Positions 52,419-55,124 of a stretch of DNA of 55,124 nt are shown piece after piece. The position numbers and the translations under genes were made by a program. The stretch comes from Ilumatobacteraceae bacterium. GTDB lineage: Bacteria > Actinomycetota > Acidimicrobiia > Acidimicrobiales > Ilumatobacteraceae. Numbering within the stretch: the stretch's first letter is position 1; the number at the start of each line of letters is the position of its first letter. The stretch covers positions 1 through 55,124 of the forward strand of contig JAIOXC010000001.1 in NCBI GenBank assembly GCA_021741795.1, read 5' to 3'. The notes below the pieces were generated by a model, which did not search any database, was not told where the DNA came from, and saw only the letters and a list, made by a program, of their open reading frames with translations.

Positions 52419-53735
52419 TCAAGGGCCAGTAAACAAACCGCTTCGATCGCCCTTCATCGGCGGGCTCACTTCACCTTCGTAACGAGCTATTTCTGCTCGA
52501 CCAACAACATGCCAGTGCACTTCATCTGGGCCATCGGCAAGTCGCAATGTGCGCTGACCTGCATACATACGCGCAAGCGGTGTCCATTGTGAAACACCTG
52601 TGCCACCAAACACTTGAATGGCTTCATCAATGATCTTGCATACACGCTCGGGCACCATTGCTTTAATCGCACTTACCCACACACGTGCCTCGGCATTACC
52701 GAGGGTGTCCATTGCTTTCGCAGCGCGAAGCACCATCAGGCGCATTGCTTCTATTTCAATACGAGCCTTGGCAATTACTTCGGTGTTCTTCCCAAGTCGT
52801 GCAATTGGTTTGCCAAAAGCTTCACGGCTCAACCCGCGCTGAATCATGAGCTCAAGCGCGCGCTCTGCTGCACCAATCGAGCGCATGCAGTGGTGAATAC
52901 GTCCTGGTCCTAAACGCACCTGGCTGATTTCAAAACCACGACCTTCACCCAGCAACATATTGGCTGCAGGCACACGGACGTCCGTGAAACTCAAGTGCAT
53001 GTGCCCATGCGGCGCATCGTCTTCGCCGAATACATGCATCGCGCCAAGAATCTTTACGCCAGGTGTATCCATCGGTACGAGAATTTGCGAATGCCTTCGA
53101 TGCGGTGGGCCATCTTGGCTTGTTCGAAGCATGCAGATCATGATCTTGCAACGTGGGTCTCCAGCACCAGAGATGTAATACTTCTCGCCGTTGATCAGCC
53201 ACTCATCGCCGTCCTTTACCGCGCGACACTCAAGATTTTTTGCATCGGACGATGCAACATCTGGCTCGGTCATTGCGTACGCAGAACGAATTTCGCCAGC
53301 AAGCAGTGGCTCAAGCCAACGCTTCTTTTGCTCTGGGGTGCCAACGCGCTCCAGCACTTCCATGTTGCCCGTGTCTGGCGCACTGCAGTTAAAACACTCG
53401 GATGCAATCGGGTTCTTGCCCAATTCATTTGCAATGTATGCATAGTCGAGGTTTGACAAACCTTCGCCGGTCTCAGCATTTGGAAGGAAGAAGTTCCATA
53501 ATCCTTTTGCTTTTGCTTTTGCCTTTACTGATTCGAGCAACTCAAGTTGACCTTTGCCGTATTGCCAGCGGTCTGGTCTTCCTTCGCCAAGTCGAAAAAA
53601 CTCGTCTGTAATCGGATTAATCTCATTCGCAACAAATTCTTTGACGGCTTCAAACAATGGAACCGCTTTGGCCGACATGGCCAAGTTCATCGCGTCGTCT
53701 GTGGCTATTCCTGAGTGCATTCCGGGCTTTGGCAT
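52419..53735 (-). CDS. acyl-CoA dehydrogenase (ACAD10/11-FadE2-like)
   Basis: YAMTEP, GEKYYISG and RLADGPDEVH near the C-terminus. Confidence 0.8.
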   Translation of the reverse strand: MPKPGMHSGIATDDAMNLAMSAKAVPLFEAVKEFVANEINPITDEFFRLGEGRPDRWQYGKGQLELLESVKAKAKAKGLWNFFLPNAETGEGLSNLDYAYIANELGKNPIASECFNCSAPDTGNMEVLERVGTPEQKKRWLEPLLAGEIRSAYAMTEPDVASSDAKNLECRAVKDGDEWLINGEKYYISGAGDPRCKIMICMLRTSQDGPPHRRHSQILVPMDTPGVKILGAMHVFGEDDAPHGHMHLSFTDVRVPAANMLLGEGRGFEISQVRLGPGRIHHCMRSIGAAERALELMIQRGLSREAFGKPIARLGKNTEVIAKARIEIEAMRLMVLRAAKAMDTLGNAEARVWVSAIKAMVPERVCKIIDEAIQVFGGTGVSQWTPLARMYAGQRTLRLADGPDEVHWHVVGRAEIARYEGEVSPPMKGDRSGLFTGP

Positions 53736-53773
53736 AACCCCACGCTACCCGTCTTGTCGATTTGCTGACCTAG

Positions 53774-53944
53774 TCAGAGCGCTAAGTTATCCCAGTCTTT
53801 GCCCTCTTCGCTTAGGCACCACTCATTAAAAGCATCGGCGTACATTTCTCCAAGTTTGATATTGATCATTTCATTGGGGTCTGAAGTTGCGGACTTTGAC
53901 TCAGACGGAATACGCCTCTGATCGTTGGGAAGTAGTGGGCGCAT
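53774..53944 (-). CDS. possible 56-aa ORF below the track cutoff
   Basis: Hand translation gives MRPLLPNDQRRIPSESKSATSDPNEMINIKLGEMYADAFNEWCLSEEGKDWDNLAL. It fills most of an otherwise empty 213-nt spacer. I saw no SD. Confidence 0.2.
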   Translation of the reverse strand: MRPLLPNDQRRIPSESKSATSDPNEMINIKLGEMYADAFNEWCLSEEGKDWDNLAL

Positions 53945-53948
53945 ATTT

Positions 53949-54383
53949 TTATGATTCGGAAAGGATGACTAACGGAATCTCGCGCGATGTCTTTTCTTGA
54001 TATCCCGCGTATCCCTTAAACGCTCCTGCAACTACTGGCCACATGCGTGCGCGCTCTTGAGCGTTTGCCGTACGTGCAGTCATGATCTTGTGAGGTGCAC
54101 CTTTATATGACACCTGCACCTGTGGGGTCTCGAGCAAATTGAGATACCAAGCAGGGTGATGGTCATCGCCACCGCGTGAAGCAACAATCACTATCTCACC
54201 GTTTTCTTGTAACGGCGAGGTCAACAAACAACTACGTGGTTCACCGCTCTTGCGACCAATGGTTGTGAGTTCGAGCACGGGCATGTTGCCTGCTGTCCAC
54301 CCTGCTTTGCCACGTGTGACACCAAGAATTATCCGGTGTATCCCATTCATTGTTTTGAGCATTCGGTCACTAGGCATGAGCAC
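53949..54383 (-). CDS. deazaflavin-dependent nitroreductase (DDN) family protein
   Basis: MPVLELTTIGRKSGEPRS...VASRGGDDHHPAWYLNL is typical of the F420H2-dependent quinone reductase fold. Confidence 0.75.
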   Translation of the reverse strand: MLMPSDRMLKTMNGIHRIILGVTRGKAGWTAGNMPVLELTTIGRKSGEPRSCLLTSPLQENGEIVIVASRGGDDHHPAWYLNLLETPQVQVSYKGAPHKIMTARTANAQERARMWPVVAGAFKGYAGYQEKTSREIPLVILSES

Positions 54384-55124
54384 CCTCCATTACATATTTT
54401 GGTTTAAACAATATAAAGAACACGGCTCCACCAAGAATGATGCATGCCGACGACACAAATAGTGGCTGGCTCGAAGTGATACCGGTGGTGATATACCCAA
54501 CCAAGATTGACGCCGGCACTTGAGCAAGGCTCGACACGCTCGAGTAAATACCCATTGCCTGACCTTGCTGACCCATCTCGGCAGATCGACTGATCAGACT
54601 TGACATGTTGGCCATGGTCAAACCGTTAAACAATGTAAAAAATGGAATGACAAGATACAAGAAATATGACGATGTCGTTGGAATAACGAAATATACGAGC
54701 ATCATTGCGCCAAGGCCAAACAGGCTGAACCGCAGCACTTTCCAGTCGGCAAGCTTTTTAGCAACTTTGCCCACAACTACTGCTTGCGAAACTGCAATGA
54801 AGAGTCCGACGATCGCAAAGTAGTCGCCGATTTTGGCAGACGAGAAATTGAAGTTGTTGCGCAAGTACACACCAAAGAACGTGGTGAAGAACGTAAACCC
54901 GGCACTAAACAAAAACCCTGCCATCAACACAACACGCAGGCGCTCTGATTTAAATCCAGTAATCACGTTGCTCACCGCCTGACTTACTTTGATCCGGCCA
55001 CCATGGAACTTTTCTTTCAAGGTTTCGGGGAACATCGTCATGATGCTTGCGCAGTTAGCGAGCGACAAGATTGCCGCAAACCAAAATGGCGTGGTGGCAC
55101 CAAACCAACCTGGAGTGTGAAACA
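54370..55124 (-). CDS. MFS transporter (5' end outside the window)
   Basis: The reading frame stays open from 55068 to the window edge (…FHTPGWFGATTPFWFAAIL-). Multiple hydrophobic helices. Confidence 0.65.
   Translation of the reverse strand, partial: FHTPGWFGATTPFWFAAILSLANCASIMTMFPETLKEKFHGGRIKVSQAVSNVITGFKSERLRVVLMAGFLFSAGFTFFTTFFGVYLRNNFNFSSAKIGDYFAIVGLFIAVSQAVVVGKVAKKLADWKVLRFSLFGLGAMMLVYFVIPTTSSYFLYLVIPFFTLFNGLTMANMSSLISRSAEMGQQGQAMGIYSSVSSLAQVPASILVGYITTGITSSQPLFVSSACIILGGAVFFILFKPKYVMEGAHA

Noticed and set aside
1-55124. A genomic island, prophage or mobile element somewhere in the window
   Set aside because: I saw no integrase, transposase, tRNA attachment site, flanking direct repeats or obvious compositional break. 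The gene content is overwhelmingly housekeeping.

Overview
This is a 55.1-kb, very gene-dense chromosomal segment with about 53 protein genes. Most spacers are 0-80 nt, and there are many 4-nt start/stop overlaps and overlapping convergent 3' ends. The gene content reads as a streamlined, mid-GC actinobacterium: a WhiB-family regulator, a SenX3/RegX3-type two-component system, Lnt, coproporphyrin-type heme genes, and DDN/PPOX folds that are usually F420-dependent. I saw no rRNA, tRNA, CRISPR array, transposase, integrase or phage genes. I therefore read it as core chromosome, not a mobile island.

Gene order:
- gatA(partial)-gatC behind a GH36 alpha-galactosidase, then galT, and an esterase-lgt pair.
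- An M48 peptidase, then a long co-directional array: hemE-hemH-hemY-lnt-epimerase-GT4-methyltransferase-(alpha/alpha)6 protein.
- A methyltransferase plus GH1 beta-glucosidase, tesB, and moaE-orf71-mreB.
- A zincin-like protein and an MFS transporter.
- A phosphate/polyphosphate block: regX3-senX3-phoU-ppk-orf88, divergent from ppx.
- tatA, a formimidoyltransferase and whiB.
- A ChlI/BchI-like AAA+ ATPase and a VWA protein, separated by an antisense minimal class III nucleotide cyclase.
- A 1713-aa secreted protein with two complete S8 protease domains.
- A run of redox and transport genes: SDR, 1-Cys peroxiredoxin, MacB-type ABC, PPOX, Nei-like, Nudix-like, DoxX, gabD, 2OG oxygenase, MFS, AKR, ACAD, DDN, MFS.

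The most unusual items are:
- the dual-S8 / dual-I9 / multi-FN3 giant exoprotein, with perfect in-frame 9-bp x10 and 12-bp x3 tandem repeats;
- the split AAA+/VWA pair with an antisense cyclase next to whiB;
- an Fpg/Nei homologue whose catalytic N-terminal Pro-Glu is replaced;
- the tightly coupled moaE-small membrane ORF-mreB unit;
- a composite DNA motif shared by the ppk and phoU upstream regions;
- a heptamer repeat that puts stop codons in all three frames.

All functional calls come from motif recognition by eye. No database search or computation was run.
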